Notes: generated from the sequence alone by a model not told the origin. DNA of 64,000 nucleotides from Sulfurospirillaceae bacterium (GCA_033723415.1 JAWVXD010000001.1:32001-96000), one strand, 5' to 3'. Numbered from the stretch's first letter, positions 11,455 through 22,843 are shown. Made by a program: numbers and translations.

Positions 11455-12457
11455 CTAGTATCTTCTCTATTTCTTTCATCGCACTTTGATTTTTCAGTGA
11501 AAATTTTATCTCTATTCTTCTAGAGGCTTCTTTGTCTTCCTTGCCGTCTTTGCCATAGATCGGGTCTAAATAGGATCTTCCACTTGCAATCATGAGAGAT
11601 TTTATATTGTTCTTTTTTACAAAATCTAAACTAAGTAGATAATTCATGACTTCGTAAGCTCTTTTTTGAGAAAGCTCTAAATTATATAAAAATCCACCGT
11701 CACTATCTGTATGACCTTCTATGATGATCTTGTCGAGATGATCTTTGATCTCTTTATTTCCGAGAAGAGCCGCAACATATTCGATAAATACTTTTTTTAG
11801 CTCTTTTTTTGAATTCTCTTTAAGTACTGATTTTCCTTTGTCAAATAAAATATTTGAAGAAAACCGCAGAGACCCGTTTTTAGGATTGATCTTGATATTC
11901 TTACCAAGTATCTTTTTTAGTTCGCTTATAACTTTGATACGAATTCCCGTGAGGCTTTTTATCCTTTCTTTTGTTGTCTTCATCTGAGCAACAAGGCGGT
12001 CATATCGTGTCTCTTTTTCACCCAAAGTATTTAATAGTTTTAGCACTTCGGCATCTTTTAGTTTGATAGCATCATTTTTGTTGTTTAATTCGTTTGATAA
12101 AACTAAGACTTGCCCTTTAAAATCTTGTATACTTTTCTCTTTTTCCAATAAAGAAGCATTTGTATCATTGATAATTGATTGTAGTATTACTATTTTATTG
12201 CTAAATGAACTAAGTTGTGTGTTTTTTTGAAATAATAAAGATTTTAGTTGTTGTATTTCGTCATTTTTAAGTTGAAGCACGCTTCTTGTCTTTTCGGCTG
12301 TATTTTCACTCGACATAAGATGATGTTTCAAAATAATTGATTTCGTGACAATCGCACCAATCAAAAGTATAAAAACAAAAAGCAATCCTGCCATCAAGTC
12401 AGCATATGAGACCCAAAAGTTTGTGACATCTTCTCGTTTATTTTTTTTAAAAATCAT
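11444..12457 (-). CDS. OmpA/MotB-family protein with coiled coil
   Basis: FWVSYADLMAGL TM motif; IEGHTD, NLELSQKRA, RRIEI peptidoglycan-binding domain. Confidence 0.85.
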   Translation of the reverse strand: MIFKKNKREDVTNFWVSYADLMAGLLFVFILLIGAIVTKSIILKHHLMSSENTAEKTRSVLQLKNDEIQQLKSLLFQKNTQLSSFSNKIVILQSIINDTNASLLEKEKSIQDFKGQVLVLSNELNNKNDAIKLKDAEVLKLLNTLGEKETRYDRLVAQMKTTKERIKSLTGIRIKVISELKKILGKNIKINPKNGSLRFSSNILFDKGKSVLKENSKKELKKVFIEYVAALLGNKEIKDHLDKIIIEGHTDSDGGFLYNLELSQKRAYEVMNYLLSLDFVKKNNIKSLMIASGRSYLDPIYGKDGKEDKEASRRIEIKFSLKNQSAMKEIEKILDAK

Positions 12458-12459
12458 TT

Positions 12460-13587
12460 TTATTTCTTAAACTGTTTTAGAATTTCTCTGTGATACTCTT
12501 CTAGATCCTGAAGGATTTTTTCATTGTGTCCATCTAACAAATATGCAAAATCAGATAATTTTACAACTACCTCGGATATCTCTTTGTCAATACGCTCAAA
12601 TGTGTTGCCTACACTTTGGCTGAGCTTATCATCCATAGAAGATATTGTATAATCTAGTGTATTGGTAGCTCTTATGAACTCTTGTACAGAGTTGTCTAGA
12701 TTTTGCGTGGCGGCTATAGAATCGCTTGAAAAGTTTATTTTTTCCAAGGTTGCCAGTACATTTTTTGAGGCAGTGCTCATATCTTCTGCGATATTTGCAA
12801 AAGATGATGAGGATATATCTACAATATTTTTGAGATTGTGCAGATAATCTTCATTTAGCTCTCTTACTTTATCTGCTGTAAATATCTCTTTTAGGGCATT
12901 GACCAGATTTTGATTTTCAAGTTGTCTACTTCCGTATTTATAAGCATCAAGCTCATTTTGACTCCAGACATATTTTGAATAAAGTGATTTGATATAAGTA
13001 AACGTTTTTTCAAGTTTGCTGATTCCTCTTTTTTCAAAGAATATCCACCAAAGAGATAAGAATATACCGTAAATAGAAGCATAAAAAGCAGTCCCAACAC
13101 CACTTAAAAGTATTGTGATCTCATGATCGAGCGCATCAGTGTTTTGCGCAGAAAAATCAGGCATTGACATAGCTATAGATATAAATGTACCTAAAATACC
13201 GAGCATCGGAAATACCGTAGTTGCGATGCTTGAAAAATTGTCATTTCTCAAACCGTTGCTATAATCATCTAAAAAGGTATCAATACTAGAAAGAGATTTT
13301 TTGTTCTCTCCTATCTTGAGTAAATTTTTGTTTAAATACTCTTGCAGTTTACCGCTGATATCATAAAAGGAGTTCCTAAATCCACAAGCTGCATAGTTTG
13401 CATTGTGTTTAATGAAAAACAAAAATATTAGAAATATAAAACCTAGCATCACCAATGTATGTATCTCGACTTTGAGAGGGATAAGACCAAAATAAGCGAT
13501 GATAGCGCACAAAAACAGTATGAGAGGCGCTGATAATATTACTAGAAAATTAGGAATGCAACTGGAAGATTCTTGAGGTGCTATCAC
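12460..13587 (-). CDS. MotA/TolQ/ExbB proton-channel family protein with C-terminal coiled coil
   Basis: PMLGILGTF and GVGTAFYASIYG; GTG start at 13587 after AGGAG. Confidence 0.82.
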   Translation of the reverse strand: MIAPQESSSCIPNFLVILSAPLILFLCAIIAYFGLIPLKVEIHTLVMLGFIFLIFLFFIKHNANYAACGFRNSFYDISGKLQEYLNKNLLKIGENKKSLSSIDTFLDDYSNGLRNDNFSSIATTVFPMLGILGTFISIAMSMPDFSAQNTDALDHEITILLSGVGTAFYASIYGIFLSLWWIFFEKRGISKLEKTFTYIKSLYSKYVWSQNELDAYKYGSRQLENQNLVNALKEIFTADKVRELNEDYLHNLKNIVDISSSSFANIAEDMSTASKNVLATLEKINFSSDSIAATQNLDNSVQEFIRATNTLDYTISSMDDKLSQSVGNTFERIDKEISEVVVKLSDFAYLLDGHNEKILQDLEEYHREILKQFKK

Positions 13588-13697
13588 TATAAACTCCTGC
13601 TGTTTTTTGAATAGAAGGTTAAATAATGTAACCCTCAAAAGATTATAACATATTTGATTAAATAATATATTCCTTTTTAAAAAAGTAGTATTTTTAC

Positions 13698-13711
13698 ATG
13701 ACACAGGTCAA
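13698..13711. promoter_or_regulatory. Crp/Fnr-type box ATGAC-ACAG-GTCAA, ~30 bp before a TAAAAT -10 (13734-13739)
   Basis: Its reverse complement TTGACCTGTGTCAT matches the napA box; class II spacing. Confidence 0.65.
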
Positions 13712-13851
13712 TGCTCTGTATTTTTAAAAGGGGTAAAATTATAAATGATATTAGACGATTGCATTAAAAAAGCTATAAAAAAGTGGGCTTATGATAAAAT
13801 TGTCAAATTAAAGGAAAAAGCTAAAATACAAACATTTATCTAAGGCCCTTA

Positions 13852-14502
13852 ATGTTAGAACAATTATCATCAACTCCACTTTTACAATCTTTACCGAAAG
13901 ACCTTATAGAAGAGATATCTACATTCAGTAAGATAAAATCTTTCAATAAAGGCGATATACTTTTTTATGAAAATGACAATGTAGATATGGTTTATTATAT
14001 CTTAAACGGCTCATTGAAGTTTTATAAAGTGGATAGATTTGATAATGAAATTTTTCTGTATAAGTTGTCAAAGAACTCTCTGATATTTGATCTATCTAAA
14101 TTATGTGATGAATATATAATTCAGTGTTTTGCAAATGCAGAATTTTTAGAAAATAGTGAAATATTGGCAATAGATTCGAAAGAATTCAAATCGTTAATGT
14201 CATCAAATCATGGCTTTTTAAAAAGGGTATTAAAAGAATCATTTAAAATGATCCAACAATTACAATGTATCATCAGCAGAGATGTTGTGTATGACGGAGC
14301 GGCAAAAGTAGCTCACATGATAGATATGGATTTGGAAAATTTTAATATGTTAAAAAAACATGAGATAGCTTATATGCTTCATATTCAGCCTGAAACCTTG
14401 TCTAGGATCTTGAAAAAACTAGTAAGGACAAATGTGATAGAGATTGACAAAAACAATGTGATCGTCATAGATCAAGAAAAATTAAAAAGTATATATAATT
14501 AA
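13852..14502 (+). CDS. Crp/Fnr family transcriptional regulator
   Basis: cNMP-binding fold N-terminus, HTH IQPETLSR. Confidence 0.92.
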   Translation: MLEQLSSTPLLQSLPKDLIEEISTFSKIKSFNKGDILFYENDNVDMVYYILNGSLKFYKVDRFDNEIFLYKLSKNSLIFDLSKLCDEYIIQCFANAEFLENSEILAIDSKEFKSLMSSNHGFLKRVLKESFKMIQQLQCIISRDVVYDGAAKVAHMIDMDLENFNMLKKHEIAYMLHIQPETLSRILKKLVRTNVIEIDKNNVIVIDQEKLKSIYN

Positions 14503-14515
14503 ATAGGAAAACTTT

Positions 14516-15880
14516 ATGTTCAAGCCAACAGGAATAAGTAAAAAAATCAAAGTTGCAGGCGGATTGCTTTCATTAGTATTAGTCTCTGCAATAATATTGT
14601 CCGTATTAATGAATGAACGAAGTAAAAAAGACTCACTTATTATCAATATAGCAGGCAAACAAAGAATGCTAACACAAAAGATCAGTAAAGAGATATTTTA
14701 CAACGTTTATAAAATATCTACTGATTTTAGAGTGATAGACGAAGCGATGAGTACATTTGAAAACAATCTTTATGACTTACAAAACGGAAATAGTGCAAAG
14801 GGCATTTATCCTCCTCAAAATATCAAGATAACTGAAAAGTTAAATGAAGTAAATCAGATGTGGATACCTTTTAAAGCAAAGATATTGGATTTGGAAAACC
14901 AGTTGACAAAAATGAAACCGGACCTTGATGTTTTCACAATTAAGATAGACAATATTCTCAGCCTCTCTGATGAAGTTGTAAAAAAAATGGTAAAAAACAG
15001 ATTAGATAGGCATTACATTGATCTCTCAGGCAGACAGAGGATGCTGTCTCAAAGAATGAGCCTTTTTTTGAAGAAGTACCTTAGAACAGGTAACAATGAA
15101 GATTATACATTTTATCTGGCTGCAAAAAAACTTTATAACGAAACTATCTTGAATTTTTTAAATGACAAAAATATAAAATTGAACAAAGATGTATATACAA
15201 GCGTCCAAAAGACATATAAGAACTGGGAAAATTTTGAAAATTACGCAACAATGCTGATAGACCACCAAAATACTATAGATAGAGATATGAAATATATTTA
15301 CAACAATAATGTCAAAATCTTAAATTCTATGGATGAAGCAGTTTGGCTTTTTACTGATTATAGTGAGCATAAAAATATACTTTTTATTTATACGCAATTT
15401 TTGCTTTTGGGTATCGGTTTGATCATTATACTTTTTACATTTTCTCTTTCAAAAGAGATCATCAACCATATTAATGATTTTGTTGATAAGGCAAAGATGT
15501 TGGCAACAAGTGACATCACTCAAGCCAATCTAGACAACTTTATGTTAAAAGAAACATATGAAGATGAGCTAAAAGAAGCTTCTGATCACATCAACTCTTT
15601 TGTGACAAAAGTCAATAACGTCATGAAACATTCCCAAGATGCTATAGAAAAGGCTGAGCAGGCAGTCGCTGAATTAGAATTCTTATCTGACAATGCCAGC
15701 AGTGCTTTTTCAGAGCTTGACCTTAATGAAGTCGAGAAAAAAGGTGTTGATAAAAAAATAAGCGCTACTGAAGATATGGCTATCGAATCGACAGAAAACC
15801 TGCTTCATGTAGCACAAATGCTTAAAAAGCTTAAATCAAATCTAAGCAGTATCGCGGAGATTACAAAAACAAAAAAATAA
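14516..15880 (+). CDS. Membrane nitrate/nitrite sensor-like protein with two NarX/PilJ-type periplasmic domains
   Basis: P-box-like INIAGKQRMLTQK and IDLSGRQRMLSQR, two TM helices, short coiled-coil tail. Confidence 0.75.
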   Translation: MFKPTGISKKIKVAGGLLSLVLVSAIILSVLMNERSKKDSLIINIAGKQRMLTQKISKEIFYNVYKISTDFRVIDEAMSTFENNLYDLQNGNSAKGIYPPQNIKITEKLNEVNQMWIPFKAKILDLENQLTKMKPDLDVFTIKIDNILSLSDEVVKKMVKNRLDRHYIDLSGRQRMLSQRMSLFLKKYLRTGNNEDYTFYLAAKKLYNETILNFLNDKNIKLNKDVYTSVQKTYKNWENFENYATMLIDHQNTIDRDMKYIYNNNVKILNSMDEAVWLFTDYSEHKNILFIYTQFLLLGIGLIIILFTFSLSKEIINHINDFVDKAKMLATSDITQANLDNFMLKETYEDELKEASDHINSFVTKVNNVMKHSQDAIEKAEQAVAELEFLSDNASSAFSELDLNEVEKKGVDKKISATEDMAIESTENLLHVAQMLKKLKSNLSSIAEITKTKK

Positions 15881-15897
15881 ACATTATTTGACCTAAT

Positions 15898-15911
15898 TTG
15901 ACCTAGGTCAT
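15898..15911 (+). promoter_or_regulatory. Crp/Fnr-type box TTGAC-CTAG-GTCAT upstream of napA; extended -10 TGATACTAT at 15932-15940
   Basis: Near-palindrome at class II activator spacing; ATTTGACCTA tandemly repeated at 15886-15905. Confidence 0.7.
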
Positions 15912-15969
15912 AGAAATCTTTCTTCTCATAATGATACTATTTGTTTGAAAATACAAATAGGAGGTAATA

Positions 15970-18813
15970 ATGTCATTATCAAGAAGAGACTTTTTAAAGT
16001 CGACTGCTGCTGCCAGTGCAGCTGCTGCGGTGGGCATCTCTATCCCAAAAGATGTAATGGCCGCATCTGAAGCAACTCAGAGCAGTTGGAGATGGGATAA
16101 AGCGGCTTGTCGCTTTTGCGGAACAGGCTGTGGAATCATGCTTGCTACAAAAGGTGAAGGAAAAAATCGCAAAATTGTTGCTGTCAAGGGTGATCCTGCA
16201 GCTCCTGTAAATAGAGGATTGAATTGTATTAAAGGTTATTTTAATGCAAAGATCATGTACGGAGCGGACAGATTAACAACCCCACTTCTTAGAGTAGATG
16301 CAAACGGCAATTTTGACAAGCATGGAAAGTTTAAACCGGTTAGCTGGAAAAGAGCTTTTGATGAGATGGAAAAACATATTAGATATGCACTCAAAAAAAA
16401 CGGTCCTGAGGCAGTTGGAGTTTTTGCGAGCGGACAGTATACGATCATGGAAGGATATGCTGCTCAAAAGATGATGAAAGCAGGTTTTAGAAGTAATGCT
16501 TTCGATCCAAATGCAAGACACTGTATGGCAAGTGCCGTTGTCGGTTTTTACCAAACTTTCGGGATTGATGAACCAAGCGGATGTTATGATGACATAGAAC
16601 TCACCGATACGATAGTGACTTGGGGTTCAAATATGGCTGAAATGCATCCAATCCTTTGGTCAAGATGTACAGATAGAAAATTAAGCGACCCTAACCGTGT
16701 AAAGGTCGTCAGTATTCAAACTTATACAAATAGAACATGTGATCTAGCAGACGATACTATTATTTTCAGACCTCAAACAGATATGCTTTTATGGAACTAT
16801 ATCGCAAGAGAGATAGTATATAATCATCCTGAAGCGATTGATTGGGATTTTGTTAAAAAACATATGGTTTTTGCAGCAGGTCCTGTCAATATCGGTTACG
16901 GTATGAGAAGAAAAGGCGAGAAATCTTTGACGCCTCTAAGAGCTGATGGAAGTGCCGGAAAATATGACGCAAAAGAAATGCAAACTATAAATCATGAGAT
17001 GAAACACGTTGTATCTGAGCGGGAAGCTCCATCTCTTGCACCGTATGGATATAAATCCGGTGATACTATGAATAATACAGCCGGAACACTGGCTCACTGG
17101 GAAATCTCATTTGATGAATACAAAAAATCATTAGAACCTTATACACTTGATTATGTTGCAAAAGCTTCTAAAGGCGATCCTGATGAAGATTTGAAAAGTT
17201 TCAAGGCTAAACTACAAAGACTTGCAGATTATTATATAGAAAAAGACAGAAAAGTCGTCAGTTTTTGGACTATGGGTATGAATCAGCATACACGTGGTTC
17301 ATGGGTTAATACACTCTCATATAATGTTCACTTCTTGTTAAATAAACAAGCAAAACCCGGAGATGGCGCTTACTCTTTGACAGGACAACCAAGTGCTTGC
17401 GGAACAGCAAGAGAAGTTGGAACATTTACACATAGATTACCTGCAGACTTGATGGTAAAAGTGAAAAAACATAGAGTTATCGCTGAAAAAAGATGGAATA
17501 TCCCTGAAAATACACTCAATCCGGTAGGCAATCAGCACATCATGAAAATTCACAGAGATATAGAAGACGGATTCATAAAATTTGCCTGGGTTAATGTTTG
17601 TAATGCATACCAAGACAGTGCAAGTGCAAAACATTGGCTTAAAACAGCCAGAGAGATGGATGATCTTTTCCTAGTAACTAGTGATGGATATCCTGGAATT
17701 TCGGCAATGGTATCTGATATGGTACTTCCAAGTGCGATGATATATGAAAAATGGGGAGCTTACGGAAACGCCGAGCGAAGAAGTCAGCATTGGAGACAAC
17801 AAGTACTTCCTGTCGGACAAGCGATGAGTGATACTTGGCAGTGGGTTGAACTTTCAAAAAGATTTACGGTAGATGATCTTTGGGGACCGTATACACTTAG
17901 AAACGGTAAAAAATTGCCAGATGTCAGAGAAGCTGCAAAAGCTATGGGCTATAAAGGCGATACGACTATGTATGAGATCCTTTATGCAAACGAAAGAGGG
18001 AAATCATATAAAGCAGATAGAGTAAATGACCCGGTACAACGTGGATATGATGATAGTGAAGTTTTTGGAGACGAGAGAAACGTGATCGGAAGTGATGGAA
18101 AAGTATTTAAAGGTTATGGCTTTTTCATACATAAATATCTATGGGAAGAGTATGCCGATTTTGGAAGAGGACACGGACATGACCTGGCTCCTTTTGATGT
18201 TTATCAAAGAGTAAGAGGTTTGAGATGGCCTGTTGTCAACGGAAAAGAGACACTTTGGAGATTTAACGGAAAATATGACCCATACGTTAAGCATTTTGCA
18301 GGACCTGATGCAGAGTTTGCGTTTTATGGACCTATTGCAAAAGCTTTACCTCATGGTGACTTAAAAGGCGTACAAGTTAAACAAAAAACATCTCTTAAAA
18401 ATAAAGCTAAAATATTTGCCAGACCGTATATGGATCCACCTGAGATACCTGATAACGAATATGACACTTGGTTGTGTACCGGTCGTGTACTAGAGCATTG
18501 GCATAGTGGAACTATGACAATGAGAGTCCCTGAATTGTATCGTGCCGTTCCTGAAGCCCTGTGTTTTATGCATCCTGAGAGTGCAAAAGAGAGAGGTTTA
18601 AAAAGAGGAGATCTGGCTTGGGTAGAAAGCAGACGCGGCAGAGTAAGAGCAAGAGTTGAAACAAGAGGAAGAAACAGACCTCCAAGAGGACTTGTATTTG
18701 TACCTTGGTTTGATGAAAAAGTATTGATAAACAAAGTTTGTCTTGATGCTACTTGTCCTATGTCTAAACAGACAGACTACAAAAAGTGTGCAGTCAAAAT
18801 ATATAAGGTTTAA
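15970..18813 (+). CDS. napA: Periplasmic nitrate reductase catalytic subunit
   Basis: Tat signal [15 protein letters not shown]...C Fe-S motif, [12 protein letters not shown]-terminal DYKKCAVK. Confidence 0.98.
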   Translation: MSLSRRDFLKSTAAASAAAAVGISIPKDVMAASEATQSSWRWDKAACRFCGTGCGIMLATKGEGKNRKIVAVKGDPAAPVNRGLNCIKGYFNAKIMYGADRLTTPLLRVDANGNFDKHGKFKPVSWKRAFDEMEKHIRYALKKNGPEAVGVFASGQYTIMEGYAAQKMMKAGFRSNAFDPNARHCMASAVVGFYQTFGIDEPSGCYDDIELTDTIVTWGSNMAEMHPILWSRCTDRKLSDPNRVKVVSIQTYTNRTCDLADDTIIFRPQTDMLLWNYIAREIVYNHPEAIDWDFVKKHMVFAAGPVNIGYGMRRKGEKSLTPLRADGSAGKYDAKEMQTINHEMKHVVSEREAPSLAPYGYKSGDTMNNTAGTLAHWEISFDEYKKSLEPYTLDYVAKASKGDPDEDLKSFKAKLQRLADYYIEKDRKVVSFWTMGMNQHTRGSWVNTLSYNVHFLLNKQAKPGDGAYSLTGQPSACGTAREVGTFTHRLPADLMVKVKKHRVIAEKRWNIPENTLNPVGNQHIMKIHRDIEDGFIKFAWVNVCNAYQDSASAKHWLKTAREMDDLFLVTSDGYPGISAMVSDMVLPSAMIYEKWGAYGNAERRSQHWRQQVLPVGQAMSDTWQWVELSKRFTVDDLWGPYTLRNGKKLPDVREAAKAMGYKGDTTMYEILYANERGKSYKADRVNDPVQRGYDDSEVFGDERNVIGSDGKVFKGYGFFIHKYLWEEYADFGRGHGHDLAPFDVYQRVRGLRWPVVNGKETLWRFNGKYDPYVKHFAGPDAEFAFYGPIAKALPHGDLKGVQVKQKTSLKNKAKIFARPYMDPPEIPDNEYDTWLCTGRVLEHWHSGTMTMRVPELYRAVPEALCFMHPESAKERGLKRGDLAWVESRRGRVRARVETRGRNRPPRGLVFVPWFDEKVLINKVCLDATCPMSKQTDYKKCAVKIYKV

Positions 18814-18827
18814 TAAAAGGTAACGTT

Positions 18828-19712
18828 TTGAGTACTGAAAATACAAAAGAAAAATCATACAAAAAACCGCTCAGTGAAGGGAGAAGGACATTTTTAGTTG
18901 CTACTAGAAATATCGGTCTAGCGACATTGGGAGGTTTGGTCTGGAGTGCGTATGTTGATGAGGTGAAGGCAAATCAGCTTTTGCTTCGCCCTCCTGCTGC
19001 ATTGAAAGAAGATGATTTTCTAAAAACTTGTATCAAATGCGGACTATGCGTGGAAGCTTGTAGGAATAGAGAAGGAAATATCATTTATGATGAAAACGGA
19101 AAGAGGATAGGAACGAAAGATCCTACCTTGAGACTTGCAAAACCGGGTGACAATAAGCCTTTGGGCACACCGTTTTTTATTGCAAGGCAAAATCCATGTT
19201 TTATGTGCGATGATGTTCCTTGTGCTCCTGCTTGCCCAAGCGGTGCATTGGACGTACTTAAAATTACAAATAAAAAAACCAAAAGATTAGATATAAATAT
19301 GGCACAAATGGGTTTGGCAGTTATAGACAAACATAGCTGTATCGCATATTGGGGATTGCAATGTGACGCATGTTACAGGGCATGTCCTCTTATGGGCAAA
19401 GCCATAACTCTTGATATGGAGATGAACAAACGAACAGGCAAACACGCCTTTTTGCAGCCTGTTGTTCACAGTGATGTTTGCACAGGTTGCGGTTTGTGCG
19501 AGCATGCTTGTGTAACAAAAAAAGCTGCTATATTTGTTTTACCAAGAGAGATCGCCATGGGAGAAGTAGGAAGTCATTATGTGCAAGGGTGGAATGATAA
19601 AGATCAGCAAAGAGTAAAAGATGCGGGATCTATTCATACCGTCACAAAGAGAAGTCAAGAAAAAGCAATCGACAAATTGAATGATATAGGAGGGCTGTTA
19701 GATGATCAATAA
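18828..19712 (+). CDS. napG: Ferredoxin-type protein NapG
   Basis: RR leader, LRPP, four Fe-S Cys clusters. Confidence 0.95.
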   Translation: MSTENTKEKSYKKPLSEGRRTFLVATRNIGLATLGGLVWSAYVDEVKANQLLLRPPAALKEDDFLKTCIKCGLCVEACRNREGNIIYDENGKRIGTKDPTLRLAKPGDNKPLGTPFFIARQNPCFMCDDVPCAPACPSGALDVLKITNKKTKRLDINMAQMGLAVIDKHSCIAYWGLQCDACYRACPLMGKAITLDMEMNKRTGKHAFLQPVVHSDVCTGCGLCEHACVTKKAAIFVLPREIAMGEVGSHYVQGWNDKDQQRVKDAGSIHTVTKRSQEKAIDKLNDIGGLLDDQ

Positions 19713-20535
19713 CAATAAATTTCTAATAGCACGAAGAATCGCTCAAATCAGCTTTATCTTCCTTTTTTTTGCCGGTAATTATTTTGGTTGGAACATCCTC
19801 AAAGGAAATCTTAGTTTTTCCTATGTTTTTGGTCTGATCCCACTCAGCGATCCATATGCTATTATTCAAATGCTTGTAGCCGGAGCCAGTATTGCGTCCA
19901 ATGCATTGATAGGTGCGGCTATAATATTTTTATTTTATGCATTGCTTGGAGGTAGAGCTTTTTGCTCTTGGGTATGTCCTGTTAACATCATCACAGATGC
20001 TGCAAACTGGTCAAGAAGAAAGTTTGGTTTTGATTTGATTGCCAAAAAACAACCATTAAGTAGAAATGTGAGATATTGGATCTTGATTATTAGTCTTGTT
20101 ATCTCATATTTCTTAGGAATAGGAGCTTTTGAGTTCGTATCCCCGGTCTCTATGGTCCATAGAGGGATCATATTTGGAATCGGTTTTGGCGTAGCAACGA
20201 TCATCATACTTTTTTTATTTGATCTTTTTGTGCTTAAGAACGGATGGTGTGGACATTTATGCCCACTTGGTGGATTTTATTCGATCATCAGTAAATTCAG
20301 GCTTCTAAAGGTAAAACATGACAGTAGTGTTTGCACTGCCTGTATGAAATGCAAAGTCGTGTGCCCTGAAGATCAAGTTTTGAGTATGGTCGCTAAAGAA
20401 TCTACTCCAGTGCTTTCGGGAGAATGTATAAATTGCGGTAGATGTATAGATGTATGCGATGACAACGCACTTGGCTTTTTTTTAAAAATAAATCAAAACA
20501 ACAAAGAAGGAGAAATCAATAATGAAAAAAATTAA
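19702..20535 (+). CDS. napH: Quinol dehydrogenase membrane subunit NapH
   Basis: CSWVCP and CGHLCP motifs, two C-terminal 4Fe-4S motifs. Confidence 0.95.
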   Translation: MINNNKFLIARRIAQISFIFLFFAGNYFGWNILKGNLSFSYVFGLIPLSDPYAIIQMLVAGASIASNALIGAAIIFLFYALLGGRAFCSWVCPVNIITDAANWSRRKFGFDLIAKKQPLSRNVRYWILIISLVISYFLGIGAFEFVSPVSMVHRGIIFGIGFGVATIIILFLFDLFVLKNGWCGHLCPLGGFYSIISKFRLLKVKHDSSVCTACMKCKVVCPEDQVLSMVAKESTPVLSGECINCGRCIDVCDDNALGFFLKINQNNKEGEINNEKN

Positions 20536-21145
20536 TAAGATCACTATTAGTCTTATTGCTTTTGGATTATTTGCGGCGGGTTGTGCAGTAAGTAATGGTT
20601 CCGTAAGTGATACGTCACTAAGTTTAAGAAAAGTAAATGTTCAAAATGAGAATAGCATCAAGCTGCAAAATGTCAGTTATGAAAAAGCTGCCCCGGGTAC
20701 TGCGAAGCTGATCGAGCGTTCTTATGACAATGCGCCTCCGTTGATCCCGCACAGTGTTGACGGACTTGTTCCGATCACTAAGGATAACAATGCATGTCTG
20801 GGATGTCATATGCCGGAAGTCGCTGCTAGCTTAAATGCTACACCTATTCCAAAATCACATTTTACTAATTTTAGACCTTTAGAGTCGATTACAAAAAATG
20901 GGCAATTGGTTAAAAAAGGTACAATTGTTGCCAAAGCAAATAATGGAAGCAATGATGTTTATGCAACTTATACTCATGGAAAATTGTATGCGGGAAGATT
21001 CAACTGTACACAGTGTCATGTGCCTCAGTCTAATGCACAACCGTTAGTACGTAACACATTTAAACCAGATTATATGAATAAAAGTCAGATGAAGAAATCT
21101 AATCTTATCAATACATATGATCAGGGAATAAATACAGTACAATGA
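20522..21145 (+). CDS. napB: Diheme cytochrome c NapB
   Basis: APPLIPH, CLGCH, CTQCH. Confidence 0.95.
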   Translation: MKKINKITISLIAFGLFAAGCAVSNGSVSDTSLSLRKVNVQNENSIKLQNVSYEKAAPGTAKLIERSYDNAPPLIPHSVDGLVPITKDNNACLGCHMPEVAASLNATPIPKSHFTNFRPLESITKNGQLVKKGTIVAKANNGSNDVYATYTHGKLYAGRFNCTQCHVPQSNAQPLVRNTFKPDYMNKSQMKKSNLINTYDQGINTVQ

Positions 21146-21627
21146 TAAAACGAAGAGAGCTATTTAGCTCTCTTGCTAATATTAATAAAAAGCAAGAAGC
21201 TAATAGCATAAGACCGCCATATTTTTTAGATACATCTTTATTTGAAACAGAGTGCATAAAATGTGATGGGAAATGCTCATTTGCTTGTGAAGAAAAAATC
21301 ATTACTATAAAGGATGACAAAACACCGATTTTGGATTTTTCCAAAGGCGGTTGTACGTATTGTGATGCGTGTGCCAAAGCTTGTGATTTCGGGGTTTTAC
21401 AAATAAGTAATAAATCAAATATCCAAGCTAGAGTCGAGATAAATATGATAAAATGTATAAGTTGGGATAAGGTCATGTGCTTTAGTTGCAAAGAAGTTTG
21501 CTTAGAGAACGCGATTCCTTTTTTGGGTCTGTTTAGACCTGAAATCGACAGTGAAAAATGTACAGCTTGCGGCTTTTGTATAAACGTTTGCCCGACAGAT
21601 GCAATCGAGGTTTTAAAATGGCAGTAA
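21142..21627 (+). CDS. napF: Ferredoxin-type protein NapF
   Basis: RRELF, IRPP, multiple CxxCxxC motifs. Confidence 0.9.
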   Translation: MIKRRELFSSLANINKKQEANSIRPPYFLDTSLFETECIKCDGKCSFACEEKIITIKDDKTPILDFSKGGCTYCDACAKACDFGVLQISNKSNIQARVEINMIKCISWDKVMCFSCKEVCLENAIPFLGLFRPEIDSEKCTACGFCINVCPTDAIEVLKWQ

Positions 21628-21881
21628 AATTTATATCTACGATAAAAGAAAACGGAATCGGAGGATGGTGTATTGAGCTTGTAGATACGCTTGATGATAC
21701 CAGAGTCTTATGCAATAGTATCGAAGAATACGAAAGTGCAATAGAAAAAATGGGAGAAGAGTATGCCAATGATATAGAAGTGCAATGGCATAAAGATGAC
21801 AATGTGACAAAAATCCATATGGATGAAGTCAGAATAGAAATTTCAAAATTTCAAAAACTAATTGATAAAAAGATGATCTAG
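21618..21881 (+). CDS. Acidic hypothetical protein inserted between napF and napL
   Basis: ATG at 21618 overlaps napF end; stop abuts napL start; 87 aa. Confidence 0.7.
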   Translation: MAVKFISTIKENGIGGWCIELVDTLDDTRVLCNSIEEYESAIEKMGEEYANDIEVQWHKDDNVTKIHMDEVRIEISKFQKLIDKKMI

Positions 21882-22831
21882 TGAAAAAATATTTTTTATT
21901 TTTTTTATTTTTTTTAGTTGTATTGCAAGCCAAAGAGCTTACACCTTCATACACGCTCAAAGTCAACGGTGATATTGTTGACATGATGATAAGTTCGGGT
22001 AAAATATATGTCACCACTGACAGCAGCAGTGTTGATATATTTGACATAGCAACTAAAAAACTTGAAAAAGTTATAAAATTTAAAAAAATAAAAGATTTTT
22101 TAGGTGAATTATCGGATGTCAGAATCTATTCTGTAGATAAAGACAAAGATAGGCTATTGTTTGTCACACAAGGAGAGAAGGGATATAGCAGAATTTATTT
22201 GTATCAAGAGGGTGTGAACAAACTATTGCTTGATGAAAATAGTGAAATGTCTATCATGAAAGCTATGTTCTTATCGGGTAACAAGATTATTTTTGCAACT
22301 TTGAGTTCACAAGTGGTTGTGTATGATATGAAAAATAAAAAAATTGTTTACAACAAACAGATTTCAGAATCTAAATTTTCAGATTTTGTCTTAAATATCA
22401 TGAAAACCAAGTTGCTCTTAGCAGATGAGAGCGGTGATACGAAACTCGTAGATGTAAGTGATGGCAGTATAGAGAAGGTGTTTAAAGGTAAAAATTTAGA
22501 TAATGTCTATCAAATCGATTATAAAGATCATGTCATCGCAACTGCGGGAAAAGATAGACGATGTGCGGTATATTGGGATAACAATTCACATAGCTATTAT
22601 AAGAGTAGCAACTTTCTGATATACAGCGTAGGTCTTAGTCCATTTGGAAAATTATGTGCGTATGCAAGTGATGATAAAAACAATATTGTAGTTTTTGAGA
22701 CGCAAAATGGAGAAGATCTATATAAATTAAGCGGAAATGAAAGTCCGATTTCAAATATAGTTTTTGCAGATAAAAACAGTCTGTTTACCACAAACAAGAA
22801 TAAGATAAAATTTTGGAAATTATTTAACTAG
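21881..22831 (+). CDS. napL: Periplasmic WD40/beta-propeller protein NapL
   Basis: Signal peptide, WD-like repeats, position in the Campylobacterota nap operon. Confidence 0.85.
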   Translation: MKKYFLFFLFFLVVLQAKELTPSYTLKVNGDIVDMMISSGKIYVTTDSSSVDIFDIATKKLEKVIKFKKIKDFLGELSDVRIYSVDKDKDRLLFVTQGEKGYSRIYLYQEGVNKLLLDENSEMSIMKAMFLSGNKIIFATLSSQVVVYDMKNKKIVYNKQISESKFSDFVLNIMKTKLLLADESGDTKLVDVSDGSIEKVFKGKNLDNVYQIDYKDHVIATAGKDRRCAVYWDNNSHSYYKSSNFLIYSVGLSPFGKLCAYASDDKNNIVVFETQNGEDLYKLSGNESPISNIVFADKNSLFTTNKNKIKFWKLFN

Positions 22832-22843
22832 AGGAGTAATGTA

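Noticed and set aside
11444..13587. MotA/MotB-like pair as Zorya (zorAB)
   Set aside because: No zorC/D/E-like genes nearby, and it sits among housekeeping genes; more likely the conserved Campylobacterota ExbB/OmpA-like pair.
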